From Patescibacteria group bacterium UBA2772 (GTDB lineage Bacteria; Patescibacteriota; Minisyncoccia; Moranbacterales; DUUL01): a DNA stretch of 64,000 bases. Positions within the stretch are counted from its first letter, which is position 1. Each line of letters opens with the position of its first letter. The stretch lies in contig DEIO01000009.1 in the NCBI GenBank assembly GCA_002352545.1, positions 46,831-110,830 of the forward strand, written 5' to 3'. Below the pieces are notes generated by a model. It saw only the letters and a program-made list of their open reading frames with translations, was not told where the DNA came from and ran no database searches. Below are positions 1-9,615 of this stretch, piece after piece. Position numbers and translations under genes: made by a program.

Positions 1-105
1 CTCGTCTTCCCAACTCTCATCACTCACTATATTTCCATCCTTCAGAAGCTTGATTTTTATTTTTCTCCCTTCAATCTCAATACCTAAACTGTTTTCACTT
101 TCCAT
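1..105 (-). CDS. 5' part of a CDS running off the window edge; possibly TsaB-like
   Basis: ATG at 105 opens MESENSLGIEIEGRKIKIKLLKDGNIVSDESWEDE with no stop to position 1; only weak resemblance to TsaB N-termini. Confidence 0.4.
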   Translation of the reverse strand, partial: MESENSLGIEIEGRKIKIKLLKDGNIVSDESWEDE

Positions 106-165
106 AACTGAGTTTTATTCTTAACTAAATACATTATACCATAAAATCACAATTTACCTCAAATA

Positions 166-330
166 TTACCTTTTCCTCCAATCCTTAATCTCCAAAACTC
201 CCCTGCCCTTATCTTCGATGGTTAGTTTTTGCTTGGCTTTCCATCCATATTTATCAATGAACTCCTTGGGGATATTGACTAAATAGCTGTACTCGCTTTT
301 CTTTGTTAATTTCCTAATAACTTTTGTCAT
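166..330 (-). CDS. AbrB/MazE/SpoVT-family small DNA-binding protein (54 aa, absent from the ORF track)
   Basis: Manual translation MTKVIRKLTKKSEYSYLVNIPKEFIDKYGWKAKQKLTIEDKGRGVLEIKDWRKR; matches the swapped-hairpin pattern RKL..SY.V.IPKE....GW. Confidence 0.8.
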   Translation of the reverse strand: MTKVIRKLTKKSEYSYLVNIPKEFIDKYGWKAKQKLTIEDKGRGVLEIKDWRKR

Positions 331-349
331 CTTTTTTGTTTTTATTCTT

Positions 350-390
350 TAGGGGTATCTTTAGGGGTATCTATCGATGACCCTATTATA
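350..390 (-). promoter_or_regulatory. -10 element followed by three abutting 12-bp boxes (putative operator) upstream of the AbrB-like gene
   Basis: Plus strand TAGGGGTATCTT (350-361), TAGGGGTATCTA (362-373) and degenerate inverted TCGATGACCCTA (374-385); minus-strand TATAAT at 390-385. Confidence 0.6.
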
Positions 391-427
391 GCATAACCAT
401 AAAACTAGTGCTTTTAGTTTACTGCAT

Positions 428-3400
428 CTAAAACTTGAAAGTCTTATCAATTTCCCTCATAAGCTCATCTGTTCTAATCAAACTGACGATCATTTTTTGA
501 TAGTGCAAAATTTCGTCGGTTGAAAGTTTTCTTTCTTTGCGGTCTTTAAGCCATTTTTGGGCTGGTTGATAGCCTCCGATGTAGAAGTTCCATGCAACTT
601 CTGACACATTGCCAAAATATTGTTTTTCGTTGATTTGCACATTTCCATTTTCATATCTTGGATAGCCTTTTTCAACTTCACTTGTGCCATCCTCTGGGAA
701 GGTTGTGATGAACTTCTCCACCTCTGACGATTCCAATAGATGTAATTTTCTCAATTTTTCTCCCAGTTCAACCAATTTTTCAAAAGTTTGTTTGTCATTT
801 GGATATGGCACACGTGGAAAATCAATTTTCAAAAATTCTTTATATTTCTTGCGATAATTTGGCGAATGCAAAACTGCATAGATATAGTCCAAAATGTTTT
901 CTGGCTTGGTCTCTCCTGCCACTTCGTTTATTTTGTCCCAAATCTCTTTTTTAAGATTCGATGTTTTTGTTCCGTCTTCGTGGTAGAGGTAGAGTGGAAA
1001 AAGATATGTTTGAAATCCATAAAAATTTAAATCAATAATATCACTTGAAATAAAAACTGTTTTTAACTCTTTAGTATTAATAAGATTTCTCATTAAACAC
1101 AACCCGTAATTTTTCTCGGCAATCATATGTTTCATAATTTGCTCTCGTCCGAAATCAATTAATTTTTTATCATAATATATACTTTGTAAATCAAACGGTC
1201 TATATTGAATTTGTTTAATTTTTTCTTGTGAATAACTATTATTGCGAGCATTCTCCATAGTCCAGTCTCGATTATCTCTCAATCTTAATTCGTTTCTAAT
1301 TTCTTTGTTACTTTTAGATTTGTCAAAAAAAGTTTGTATTCTTTTCTCCAATTCAGACTTATTTTGATCAACGACCAAATGATCACGGTGTGTTTTTATT
1401 CCCCCTGCAGTAACTGTTAATACATCGTCAACCCCAAAACCTTTTTTATATTCGTCTTCTGCTGCAAAATCTTTTGGCACGAAAAAATAATATGGTGCTT
1501 TATTTTCCAATTTTTGCCAATCAACTTTTCCGAATTCAGAACTGTTTAATTTTTCAAATTTCTTTGCTCTTTTTCCAAAGATTTCTGAATGATAGACATC
1601 GGCTAATTTCTTATCATTCCTATTTTTCACAAAAATATTAACACTCACTCCTTGCATGATATCAAACACATTTTCATCTTTGCTTCCATCTGGTGCAGCT
1701 TCTTTTTTCTTGCTGTTTCCGTGCAAATCAAGCACATAGATTTCATCAAAAGTTTCCATTAGATGCTTTCGCATTTGCCTGTGTATAACACCATCAATAA
1801 ATGAATTATTCGTAATCATTGCCACGACACCCTCGCCAGTTTTCTCAATTTGATTTTCAGCAAAACGAATAAATTTAATATAATCATCAGAAAGAGGTTG
1901 GATATTTCTTTCATTCAAGTCCTTTTTATAAACTTCGATTAATTCTTGAATTTTTTCACCCTTATTTGAAGAGCTAACTGCATATGGCGGATTTCCCAAC
2001 ACAACCATAATTGGCATTTCTGATTTGATTTTAGATGCCTCATTTGATTCTTCCGTTAGCCATTGACTCATAAAAAGATTTGGCACTTCGTGAATTCCTT
2101 CTTCCAGAGAATTGGTCAACCAAACCGACAATCTTTCATTGTTTTTATAGCCCAATTCTTTGAGTGTCACACCAAGCTTTAGATGTGCCATTGTGTAACT
2201 TGCCATCATAAGCTCAAAACCATGCAAACGTGGCACAAGATGTTCATGAATATAGCCACTCCAAAGCCCCTCTTGTCCAACAAAGCTTTTGTGAATGTGT
2301 TCAATTACTTCATTGAGAAAAGTTCCCGTCCCCACTGCTGGGTCAAGAATTTGCACTTTGTGAATTTGGATTTTTTCTTTTTTTATTCCGTCCTTTGTTC
2401 GTGCATCTGTTGCTTGAATCTTTTCTGTATGAGAAATTTTTGTTGTATCAGCAAGACCCTTGGCGAGATTGAATTTCGTTTTCAAAATCTCATCAACACT
2501 TCGCACAATAAAGGAAACAACTGGTGTTGGTGTATAATAAACACCACGCGATTTTCGCAAGTCTTGATTATATTTCGAAAGAAAAGTTTCATAGAAATGC
2601 AAAACTGGGTCTTTTTGTTTTTTGACAAATTCTTTGTGCATAATTTTCGCCACATCAGTGCTTGCATATGCTTCAACCAAAGAATCCACCAACCATGCAA
2701 TCTTTGTATCATATTCTGTGCCTGCCACATGTCCAAAGAATTTTTTGAGCAGTGGATTTGTCGAAGGTAAAAGATCTTGCGCTTCATAACGAGAAAAGTT
2801 ATCCAAAGACGAATCATGATAACGAGCAACAAAAAGACCATAAACAAGTGTTTGAGCATACATATCAACAAACTCTTCAGGCGTCAATTCGTGAATTAGA
2901 ATTTCCTTAAAAGCTGTGTATTGAGCAGAAATATCAGAGTCCTTATTTATATCCAGGGACACAAGAGCATTGTCTCGTAAAATCCGAGCCTTACTTGCCA
3001 TTATTTCGGCAAGTTTTTTTGCTGATCTAATCGTACGATAAGAAGGAACAAGATAATCTTTGAGTAAATTTACAAAAACTTCAAAATTCTCTGACAATTG
3101 AAAAATTGTTTTTCCATCACAAGTTGCAATGGAAATTTTTTGAGTTTCTTCGCTTTCCTCTGTAATAATTTCAAAATCATAATAGTTTGTAAGCAAAATA
3201 CGTCCAAAAGCAACAACATAACGATTTGCTTGTTTCTGTACATCCTTATTTGAAATATCAATACTCACATCCTTACACTCTGCGTATGCAATTGGAGTTT
3301 CACCTTTCTTAAAAAGAAAATCTGGTGCGTTTCCACCCTTGTAAGCAGGTTCATTTATTACCAAAATTTCATCATTCAACTCTTCGATTAACTTTTTGAG

Positions 3401-3496
3401 TGCGGACCGATATGCATGCTCTCGTGCATCACCTGTACTAAGAGTTTCTCGAACCTCATTAAGATAATTAGCTATAATTGAATGTGTTTTTGACAT
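428..3496 (-). CDS. Single-polypeptide restriction-modification enzyme (type IIG / type ISP-like; N6-adenine MTase with nuclease and TRD, no helicase)
   Basis: N-terminal PD-(D/E)xK-like APDF...AECKD; GVYYTP; motif I ILDPAVGTGTFL; motif IV GNPPY; C-terminal YRPFD and DFPRVP...IGGYQPAQKWLKDRK region typical of type ISP C-termini. Confidence 0.85.
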   Translation of the reverse strand: MSKTHSIIANYLNEVRETLSTGDAREHAYRSALKKLIEELNDEILVINEPAYKGGNAPDFLFKKGETPIAYAECKDVSIDISNKDVQKQANRYVVAFGRILLTNYYDFEIITEESEETQKISIATCDGKTIFQLSENFEVFVNLLKDYLVPSYRTIRSAKKLAEIMASKARILRDNALVSLDINKDSDISAQYTAFKEILIHELTPEEFVDMYAQTLVYGLFVARYHDSSLDNFSRYEAQDLLPSTNPLLKKFFGHVAGTEYDTKIAWLVDSLVEAYASTDVAKIMHKEFVKKQKDPVLHFYETFLSKYNQDLRKSRGVYYTPTPVVSFIVRSVDEILKTKFNLAKGLADTTKISHTEKIQATDARTKDGIKKEKIQIHKVQILDPAVGTGTFLNEVIEHIHKSFVGQEGLWSGYIHEHLVPRLHGFELMMASYTMAHLKLGVTLKELGYKNNERLSVWLTNSLEEGIHEVPNLFMSQWLTEESNEASKIKSEMPIMVVLGNPPYAVSSSNKGEKIQELIEVYKKDLNERNIQPLSDDYIKFIRFAENQIEKTGEGVVAMITNNSFIDGVIHRQMRKHLMETFDEIYVLDLHGNSKKKEAAPDGSKDENVFDIMQGVSVNIFVKNRNDKKLADVYHSEIFGKRAKKFEKLNSSEFGKVDWQKLENKAPYYFFVPKDFAAEDEYKKGFGVDDVLTVTAGGIKTHRDHLVVDQNKSELEKRIQTFFDKSKSNKEIRNELRLRDNRDWTMENARNNSYSQEKIKQIQYRPFDLQSIYYDKKLIDFGREQIMKHMIAEKNYGLCLMRNLINTKELKTVFISSDIIDLNFYGFQTYLFPLYLYHEDGTKTSNLKKEIWDKINEVAGETKPENILDYIYAVLHSPNYRKKYKEFLKIDFPRVPYPNDKQTFEKLVELGEKLRKLHLLESSEVEKFITTFPEDGTSEVEKGYPRYENGNVQINEKQYFGNVSEVAWNFYIGGYQPAQKWLKDRKERKLSTDEILHYQKMIVSLIRTDELMREIDKTFKF

Positions 3497-3692
3497 ATAG
3501 AATTAATAATTGATAATATCCTAATTTTACTCTTTGTGCTTTTAAAAATCAAAAAACATTTAGAGTAAAATGTTTTTTGATAAATTTAAACAAGTAATGA
3601 GAAAATCTCACATACTACTTTATCAACTTTCAGACTCTATTATTTAAATAGTTTCACTACAAGAAATCCTCCTTCCTCTTAATAACACAAAT

Positions 3693-3720
3693 AAAAAGCT
3701 CCCCATAAGGGGAACTTTTT
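3693..3720 (-). terminator. Intrinsic terminator downstream of tRNA-Gly
   Basis: Inverted repeat AAAAAGCTCCCC-ATAA-GGGGAACTTTTT with A/T tails. Confidence 0.65.
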
Positions 3721-3728
3721 ATCCTTTG

Positions 3729-3801
3729 AGCGGGTGATGGGAATCGAACCCACCTCCTCAGCTTGGAAGGCTGATATAATAAACCACTATACGACACCCG
3801 C
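3729..3801 (-). tRNA. tRNA-Gly (anticodon TCC)
   Basis: Reverse complement GCGGGTGTCGTATAGTGGTTTATTATATCAGCCTTCCAAGCTGAGGAGGTGGGTTCGATTCCCATCACCCGCT folds as a cloverleaf with a GTTCGA T-loop; CCA not encoded. Confidence 0.95.
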
Positions 3802-3871
3802 TTTTAAATTTCATTGCTTGAATAATATATAGATTACTCCAAAAACAAGAAAAAGTCAAATGTTCTATGCT

Positions 3872-3903
3872 TTCAAAAACAGCCCCAAGGGACTGTTTTT
3901 GAA
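3872..3903 (-). terminator. Intrinsic terminator ending the S10-spc-secY operon
   Basis: TTCAAAAACAGCCCC-AA-GGGACTGTTTTTGAA inverted repeat just after the secY stop. Confidence 0.7.
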
Positions 3904-3924
3904 TATCTAATTTTTTTCAATTTT

Positions 3925-5196
3925 CTAAAAACCTTCGTAATCCCTCATAACTAACTGGGCTTCTATTTGTTTCACCATCTCAATAACAACAGAGACTACA
4001 ATCAAGATTCCAGTTCCACCAACAGTAAGTGTTTTCACCCTTGTTATACCTTGAACAATAAATGGTAGCACAGCAACCAATCCCAGAAATAATGCTCCTG
4101 AAGTCGTAACTCTGTTAACCACATAGTTCAAATATTCTATAGTAGGCATCCCCGGTCGTATCCCTGGCACAAAACCACCTTGCCGTTGAAGACTCTCCGC
4201 TATATTCTTTGGATCAAATGTAACTGATGTATAAAAGAATGTGAAGGCAACCACTAATACAAAGTATGCTGCACCATAGAATGTCTGATTTGCAAACAAA
4301 TCAGCAACCCAACCAGCAAAGGCCTGAACCTTTGGATTCTGGATTGTTGCAAGTAAATTTGCAATCATTCCAGGGAAAATCATAATCGACATCGCAAAGA
4401 TAATCGGAATAACACCTGCTTGATTCACTCTTAGTGGTAATGTACTCTTAGTTGAACCACTAGTAGCACCCGAGCGAGTTCTTCTTGCAAAAGAAACTGG
4501 TATATCTCTTTGTCCTTCATTTACAACCACTATACTAACAACTGTTATTATAGTAATCACTAAAAATGAAAAATAGGTCAATACCATTGAAGAATCCCAA
4601 GTTGCAAGTAATTGCTGAACTGAACTTGGAAGTGCTGAAACAATTCCGGCAAAAATAAGTAACGAAACTCCATTTCCCAAACCTTTCTCAGAGATAAGTT
4701 CACCTAACCACATCAAAAAAATAGTACCAGCTGTTGCTGTTAAAATAATTGTAATATAACTAATTGGAGTTAAATTCCCCAATAAACCTTGCGATTTAAA
4801 TAAAGAAATCATTGCAAATACTTGCAATACAGCAAATGGAACCGCTAAATACCTAGTCCATGAATTATATTTCTGTCTACCAATTTCACCCTCTTCTTTC
4901 TGCATTTGTTCAAGTTTTGGAACAATCATTGTCATAACTTGCATCACAATTGAAGCCGTAATATATGGCCCAACTCCCAACATTACAATGGAGATATTCC
5001 TAAGTCCTCCTCCAGAGAACATGTCTAACATACCAAAAAGCTGATGGCTTTCAAAGAAGGCCTTCAGCTGACTAGTATCTACTCCAGGAATTGGTACATT
5101 GGCTGCAATTCTATAAATAACAAGAATTGCTAAAATAAAAAATATTTTATTTCTTAATTCTTTTATTTTAAATATTTGCCTAATTTTTTCCAACAT
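3925..5196 (-). CDS. secY: Preprotein translocase subunit SecY
   Basis: LGVGPYITASIVMQ, GLGNGVSLLIFAGI, NQAGVIPIIFA, GGFVPGIRPG and GGTGILIVVSV motifs. Confidence 0.98.
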   Translation of the reverse strand: MLEKIRQIFKIKELRNKIFFILAILVIYRIAANVPIPGVDTSQLKAFFESHQLFGMLDMFSGGGLRNISIVMLGVGPYITASIVMQVMTMIVPKLEQMQKEEGEIGRQKYNSWTRYLAVPFAVLQVFAMISLFKSQGLLGNLTPISYITIILTATAGTIFLMWLGELISEKGLGNGVSLLIFAGIVSALPSSVQQLLATWDSSMVLTYFSFLVITIITVVSIVVVNEGQRDIPVSFARRTRSGATSGSTKSTLPLRVNQAGVIPIIFAMSIMIFPGMIANLLATIQNPKVQAFAGWVADLFANQTFYGAAYFVLVVAFTFFYTSVTFDPKNIAESLQRQGGFVPGIRPGMPTIEYLNYVVNRVTTSGALFLGLVAVLPFIVQGITRVKTLTVGGTGILIVVSVVIEMVKQIEAQLVMRDYEGF

Positions 5197-5261
5197 TTAT
5201 TTTTTCCTAGTGTTATACGAAACATTTAGTTTGAAACCAAACTAAACACAGTTCATAATTT

Positions 5262-5687
5262 CTATTCTACACTTCCACTTACTTTTTCAATCTTTTTTTT
5301 AGTAGATTTAGAAAAAGCAACATTCTTCAAAGAGACTTTCTTAGTTATTTCTCCCATAGAAAGAATTTTTACTGGAAGATCCAACTTACTAATAAGTCCT
5401 CTTTCCTTTAGCATTTCTGGTGTAATTTCTGTGCCATCTTCAAAAACACGTTCAATATCAGTCAAATTAACCGTTTGTGCTTGAGGTTTAAGAGATTTAA
5501 AACCTTTAAGTTTTTTTGTCTGACCTACAACAGAAGAGCTACCTCCTGTAAAAGTAGCTGCCTGTGAGTGCCCACTTCGACACCTTTGTCCATTCATTCC
5601 AGCACCACAATAAGTACCTTTTTTTCCACCACGACCAACTCGTTTCTTTGTATCCTTGCTTGTGGCTTTTAAATCATTAATTTGCAT
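5262..5687 (-). CDS. rplO: 50S ribosomal protein L15
   Basis: KRVGRGGKKGTYCGAGMNGQRCRSG; position before secY. Confidence 0.95.
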   Translation of the reverse strand: MQINDLKATSKDTKKRVGRGGKKGTYCGAGMNGQRCRSGHSQAATFTGGSSSVVGQTKKLKGFKSLKPQAQTVNLTDIERVFEDGTEITPEMLKERGLISKLDLPVKILSMGEITKKVSLKNVAFSKSTKKKIEKVSGSVE

Positions 5688-5707
5688 ATCAAAATAGATT
5701 TAGCTTC

Positions 5708-6382
5708 TTATTTATCTTCTGTTTTCTTAACAGATTTCTCCTCTTTTTTTTCAACCTTTTTAAGAGCTTTTTTCTCAGTAGTCTTCTTTAGAAGTTTCTT
5801 TATTTCTTCTTTCTTTACTGTTTTTTTCACGGTTTCTTTAATTTCGCTTGAATTTTTCTTTTCTAGTCCTTTTCCTACCAATCTCTCTCCCAACTCTTCT
5901 AGTGCTGCCATTGTTGCTCTAGCAACATTGATTTTATTGGAAGAACCAAGTGATTTTGCAACGATATCTTTAATTCCAGCAAGTTCAAGTACTGACCTCA
6001 TCGCACCACCAGCTACGACTCCTCGTCCTTCTTTTGCTGGACGCATAATAATCTTAGCCGCACCAAATTTCTTATTAATATCAAAGGCAATAGTCTTGTT
6101 TGTTCGCTTTACTAGAATCATGTTTTTCTTAGCAGCAGCAAAAGCTTTCCCGATTGCGATAGAAACATCAGAACCTTTAGCTACTCCAAAACCAACTTTG
6201 CCTTTTTTATTTCCAATAACGACAGATGCTCTAAAAGAGAATCTTCGTCCACCTTTAACTACACGAGTCACACGAGCAAGGTCGAGTAACTTTTGTTCGT
6301 ATTCAGGTTTCTCTCGTTTTTGAAATCTTTTCTTCCCTCTTGGGAATCTTTTTTTCCCCTTATCTTGTTGTATTGTTGCCAT
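5708..6382 (-). CDS. rpsE: 30S ribosomal protein S5 with Lys/Glu-rich C-terminal tail
   Basis: RVTRVVKGGRRFSFRASVVIG and AGGAMRSVLELAGIKD; start placed at ATG 6382. Confidence 0.97.
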   Translation of the reverse strand: MATIQQDKGKKRFPRGKKRFQKREKPEYEQKLLDLARVTRVVKGGRRFSFRASVVIGNKKGKVGFGVAKGSDVSIAIGKAFAAAKKNMILVKRTNKTIAFDINKKFGAAKIIMRPAKEGRGVVAGGAMRSVLELAGIKDIVAKSLGSSNKINVARATMAALEELGERLVGKGLEKKNSSEIKETVKKTVKKEEIKKLLKKTTEKKALKKVEKKEEKSVKKTEDK

Positions 6383-6412
6383 ATCACAAAAAATCAATAA
6401 CAATTAATAAAT

Positions 6413-6760
6413 TTAGAATTTCAATCCTTCTTCACGAGCACCTTCAGCAAAAGCTTTGATCTTCCCGTGATATAGATATCCACTTCTATCAAAAACAACC
6501 TTTTCAACTTTTGCTTTCTTGGCTTTTGTTGCAATCAACTTCCCAAGTTCAGTGGCAGTTTCTAGATCGAATTTTTTCTTCTTCAATTCTCTAGTATCGG
6601 CAGACACTAAAGTTTTTCCTTCCGTATCGTCAATAATCTGAGAGCTTAACATTGTAAGACTCTTAAAAACACTAAGTCTAGGCTTACTGGTTGTTCCAGA
6701 AATTCTTGCCCTTACTCTTCGTTTTCTATGAATACGTATTTGATTTCTACTCTTTTTCAT
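6413..6760 (-). CDS. rplR: 50S ribosomal protein L18
   Basis: PRLSVFKS and VVFDRSGYLYHGKIKAFAEGAREEGLKF. Confidence 0.97.
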   Translation of the reverse strand: MKKSRNQIRIHRKRRVRARISGTTSKPRLSVFKSLTMLSSQIIDDTEGKTLVSADTRELKKKKFDLETATELGKLIATKAKKAKVEKVVFDRSGYLYHGKIKAFAEGAREEGLKF

Positions 6761-6784
6761 AAAATATTTAAATTATATCTTGAT

Positions 6785-7327
6785 TTATTCACTAACAACA
6801 GCACGTTTTCCTTCTTTCTTAATGAAAGTTTCTCCAACATATCTAAACCCCTTCCCCTTATAAGGCTCGACTTTTCTAAATGCTCTTATTTCAGCAGCAA
6901 ATTGACCAACTTTCTGTTTATCAATTCCTTCAACACTCATAATATTCGCTTCGATTGAAATAGTTAATCCTTCTGGAATTTGTACTTCAATAGGATGTGA
7001 ATATCCTAAGTTTAAAACTAACTTCTTTCCTTGCACAGCCATCTTGTAACCAACTCCGTGCAATTCTAAACCCTTTTTAAATCCCTCAGAAACACCCAAT
7101 ACGATATTCTGAATACTTGCTCTGGTCGTTCCCCAAAGAGCAGGAGCAGATTTAGTTTTACCAATTTTTGCAACAGTAATTTCATTGTCTTTTACTTCAA
7201 CCTCAACTTCGTAGCTTGTCTCAAAAGACAATTCCCCTTTAGGACCATTGACCTTTACGGTTTTATCCTCAAGAGTTACCGTTACGCCACTAGGTATAGA
7301 AATAGGTTTTTTTCCAATTCTTGACAT
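6785..7327 (-). CDS. rplF: 50S ribosomal protein L6
   Basis: MSRIGKKPI, GVGYK and EPYKGKGFRY. Confidence 0.98.
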   Translation of the reverse strand: MSRIGKKPISIPSGVTVTLEDKTVKVNGPKGELSFETSYEVEVEVKDNEITVAKIGKTKSAPALWGTTRASIQNIVLGVSEGFKKGLELHGVGYKMAVQGKKLVLNLGYSHPIEVQIPEGLTISIEANIMSVEGIDKQKVGQFAAEIRAFRKVEPYKGKGFRYVGETFIKKEGKRAVVSE

Positions 7328-7359
7328 CCTCTTTATCTATTTAACATTTATACAAAATC

Positions 7360-7545
7360 TTACCAACTTGAGCGTCTAACACCAGGGATTGACCCCTTTG
7401 CCGCAAGCTCTCGAAAACAAATTCGACAAAGACCAAACTGCCTCATATAACCATGTTTTCTTCCACATTTCCAACATCTATTCACTGTACGTGTAGAAAA
7501 CTTTGGCTTTTTTTGTGCTCTAGCTATAACTGATTTTTTTGCCAT
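7360..7545 (-). CDS. rpsN: 30S ribosomal protein S14, short zinc-binding type
   Basis: 61 aa; RCWKCGR...[11 protein letters not shown]...IPGVRRSSW. Confidence 0.97.
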   Translation of the reverse strand: MAKKSVIARAQKKPKFSTRTVNRCWKCGRKHGYMRQFGLCRICFRELAAKGSIPGVRRSSW

Positions 7546-7579
7546 AATTTCGTTATATTTAATCTATCAATTTAAAAAA

Positions 7580-7972
7580 TTACCAAACTTTACAAACAAC
7601 TTCCCCTCCAAGGTTCTCTTTTCTTGCCTGTCTATCTGTCATAATCCCTTTTGATGTAGAAATAAATGCAACACCAAAATTATTCTTCACTCTAGGAAGG
7701 TCCTTACTTCCAGCATAAATTCTCTGTCCCTGCTTACTCACTCTTTGAATTCCCTTAATAGCAGGAGTTGTACCAAAATACTTCAATTTCAAACGAAGGT
7801 AGTTCTTGTCCCCTTCAGAAAAAATTGAAACCTCTTCAATATATTCACTACTATAAAGTGCTCTTGCCAAAGCAAGCTTAAATTTAGAAGAAGGCATTGA
7901 CGCATCAGCATTTCCAGCCATTTGCGCATTCCTTATTCGTGTAAGCATATCTGAAACTTGATCAAAACTCAT
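7580..7972 (-). CDS. rpsH: 30S ribosomal protein S8
   Basis: SDMLTRIRNA and ISTSKGIMTDRQARKENLGGEVVCKVW. Confidence 0.98.
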   Translation of the reverse strand: MSFDQVSDMLTRIRNAQMAGNADASMPSSKFKLALARALYSSEYIEEVSIFSEGDKNYLRLKLKYFGTTPAIKGIQRVSKQGQRIYAGSKDLPRVKNNFGVAFISTSKGIMTDRQARKENLGGEVVCKVW

Positions 7973-8006
7973 ATTGATATATTTACTATTATTTATCTTA
8001 ACTCTC

Positions 8007-8555
8007 TTATTTTTCCTGAATTGGAAAACCTAACAATTTAAACAATGCGATTCCTTCATCCCGACCATTTGCTGACGAAGTGATATTCACTTGTAATCCA
8101 AAAATTGTTGTAATATCATCAGTTGAAATCTCAGGGAAAGTTAGTTGCTCTTTGATTCCATAGTTCAAATTCCCCTGATTATCAAAATTCTTTCTTTCAA
8201 TTCCTTGAAAATCTTTCATACGTGGAATTGTCGCTCCAATAAATCTTTCGATAAAATCCCACATTCTTTTTCCTCTCAATGTTACAGAAGCTCCAATTTC
8301 CTGACCTTCTCTAATTTTAAATCCAGCAATCGCCTTTCGAGCTTTTGTTAGAATTGGTTGTTGTCCTGTAATTAATCTCAAATCTCTCACAACGTCTTCC
8401 TTGAAATTTGAATTATTAACGGCCTTTGACAACCCGACATTAACTGAAACCTTAATAATTTTAGGTACAGCCATAACGTTATCATAACCGAACTCTTTCA
8501 TGAGCTTGGGCATAACTTCGCTAGTATATTTTTCTTCTAATACATTCTTATTCAT
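8007..8555 (-). CDS. rplE: 50S ribosomal protein L5
   Basis: ITGQQPILTKARKAIAGFKIREG and FPEI. Confidence 0.98.
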   Translation of the reverse strand: MNKNVLEEKYTSEVMPKLMKEFGYDNVMAVPKIIKVSVNVGLSKAVNNSNFKEDVVRDLRLITGQQPILTKARKAIAGFKIREGQEIGASVTLRGKRMWDFIERFIGATIPRMKDFQGIERKNFDNQGNLNYGIKEQLTFPEISTDDITTIFGLQVNITSSANGRDEGIALFKLLGFPIQEK

Positions 8556-8596
8556 ATATCTTCAAAAACTGATGAGTTAGTGTATTTAAATCTTTT

Positions 8597-8899
8597 TTAG
8601 ATTTCGGCTTCGCATTTTTTACAAATTCGAACCATTTTTCCTCCGACTTTTTTCTTTCCAACCCTTGTCGGTTTTTTACATTTTGAACAAATTAATTGCG
8701 TATTTGAAACATTAATAGGCAATTCCAAAGAAATTCGCTCACCCGGAGCACCTCCTTTAGCCTTTTTATGTTTTTTTACAACATTAACCTTTTCAACAAC
8801 AACTTTTCCTTCAGTAGGAATTGCTTTTGTAACTTTTCCAGTCTTTCCACGATCTTTACCGCTTAAGACTTTGATTTTATCACCCTTTATAATATTCAT
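8597..8899 (-). CDS. rplX: 50S ribosomal protein L24
   Basis: KOW motif KGDKIKVLSGKDRGKTGKV; PINVSN. Confidence 0.97.
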   Translation of the reverse strand: MNIIKGDKIKVLSGKDRGKTGKVTKAIPTEGKVVVEKVNVVKKHKKAKGGAPGERISLELPINVSNTQLICSKCKKPTRVGKKKVGGKMVRICKKCEAEI

Positions 8900-8926
8900 T
8901 TCTTTAAAACAATCTTACTTATCTAA

Positions 8927-9292
8927 TTAGTAAACTTCTTCTGCCAAAGAAACAATTTTCATAAACCCTCGTTCTCTAACCTCTCTTGCGATTGGTCCAA
9001 AAACACGAGTTCCCTTTGGCTCTGTACCGTCTAGAATAACAGCTGCGTTCTCGTCAAATTTGATAGTTGATCCATCTTTTCGTTGGATTGATTTCTTTTG
9101 TCGAACGATAACAGCTTTCACAATCTCTTTTTTCTTAACTGATCCACGAGGTTCTGATTCTTTCACAGAAGCTACGATAATATCTCCAACATAAGCATAT
9201 CTTTTTCTAGATCCACCAAGAACCTTGAAACATTCAATTACTTTTGCTCCTGAATTATCTGCAACTTTCAATTTTGACTCTGCTTGTATCAT
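8927..9292 (-). CDS. rplN: 50S ribosomal protein L14
   Basis: [25 protein letters not shown] and [11 protein letters not shown]. Confidence 0.98.
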   Translation of the reverse strand: MIQAESKLKVADNSGAKVIECFKVLGGSRKRYAYVGDIIVASVKESEPRGSVKKKEIVKAVIVRQKKSIQRKDGSTIKFDENAAVILDGTEPKGTRVFGPIAREVRERGFMKIVSLAEEVY

Positions 9293-9331
9293 TGTCTATA
9301 TAATAACTTAATTAAACTCTAAAATTCTAGC

Positions 9332-9598
9332 CTATTTTGTCTCAGTCTTGCTGATAACTGACCATTTCTTTCTCCTACTAATTGGATGACATGCCTCAAA
9401 AGAAACAATTTCACCAACCTTATACTCATTTTTCTCATCATGCACACTATATTTCTTTGAAGATTTATATTTCTTCACATATTTCTTGTGTGTTTTTAGA
9501 GTAACAACCTCCACAACAATAGTCTTGTCACCAGCAACACTGCTAACAGTTCCCTTTTGTTTCTTGATTGCTTCTTTTACTTTATTATCCTTATTCAT
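9332..9598 (-). CDS. rpsQ: 30S ribosomal protein S17
   Basis: DKTIVVEV...HDE...PISRRKKW. Confidence 0.95.
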   Translation of the reverse strand: MNKDNKVKEAIKKQKGTVSSVAGDKTIVVEVVTLKTHKKYVKKYKSSKKYSVHDEKNEYKVGEIVSFEACHPISRRKKWSVISKTETK

Positions 9599-9615
9599 AA
9601 AATTTCTTGGACTAA

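Noticed and set aside
106-3801. Integrative element or prophage at tRNA-Gly
   Set aside because: No integrase and no duplicated tRNA 3' end (att) found in the window
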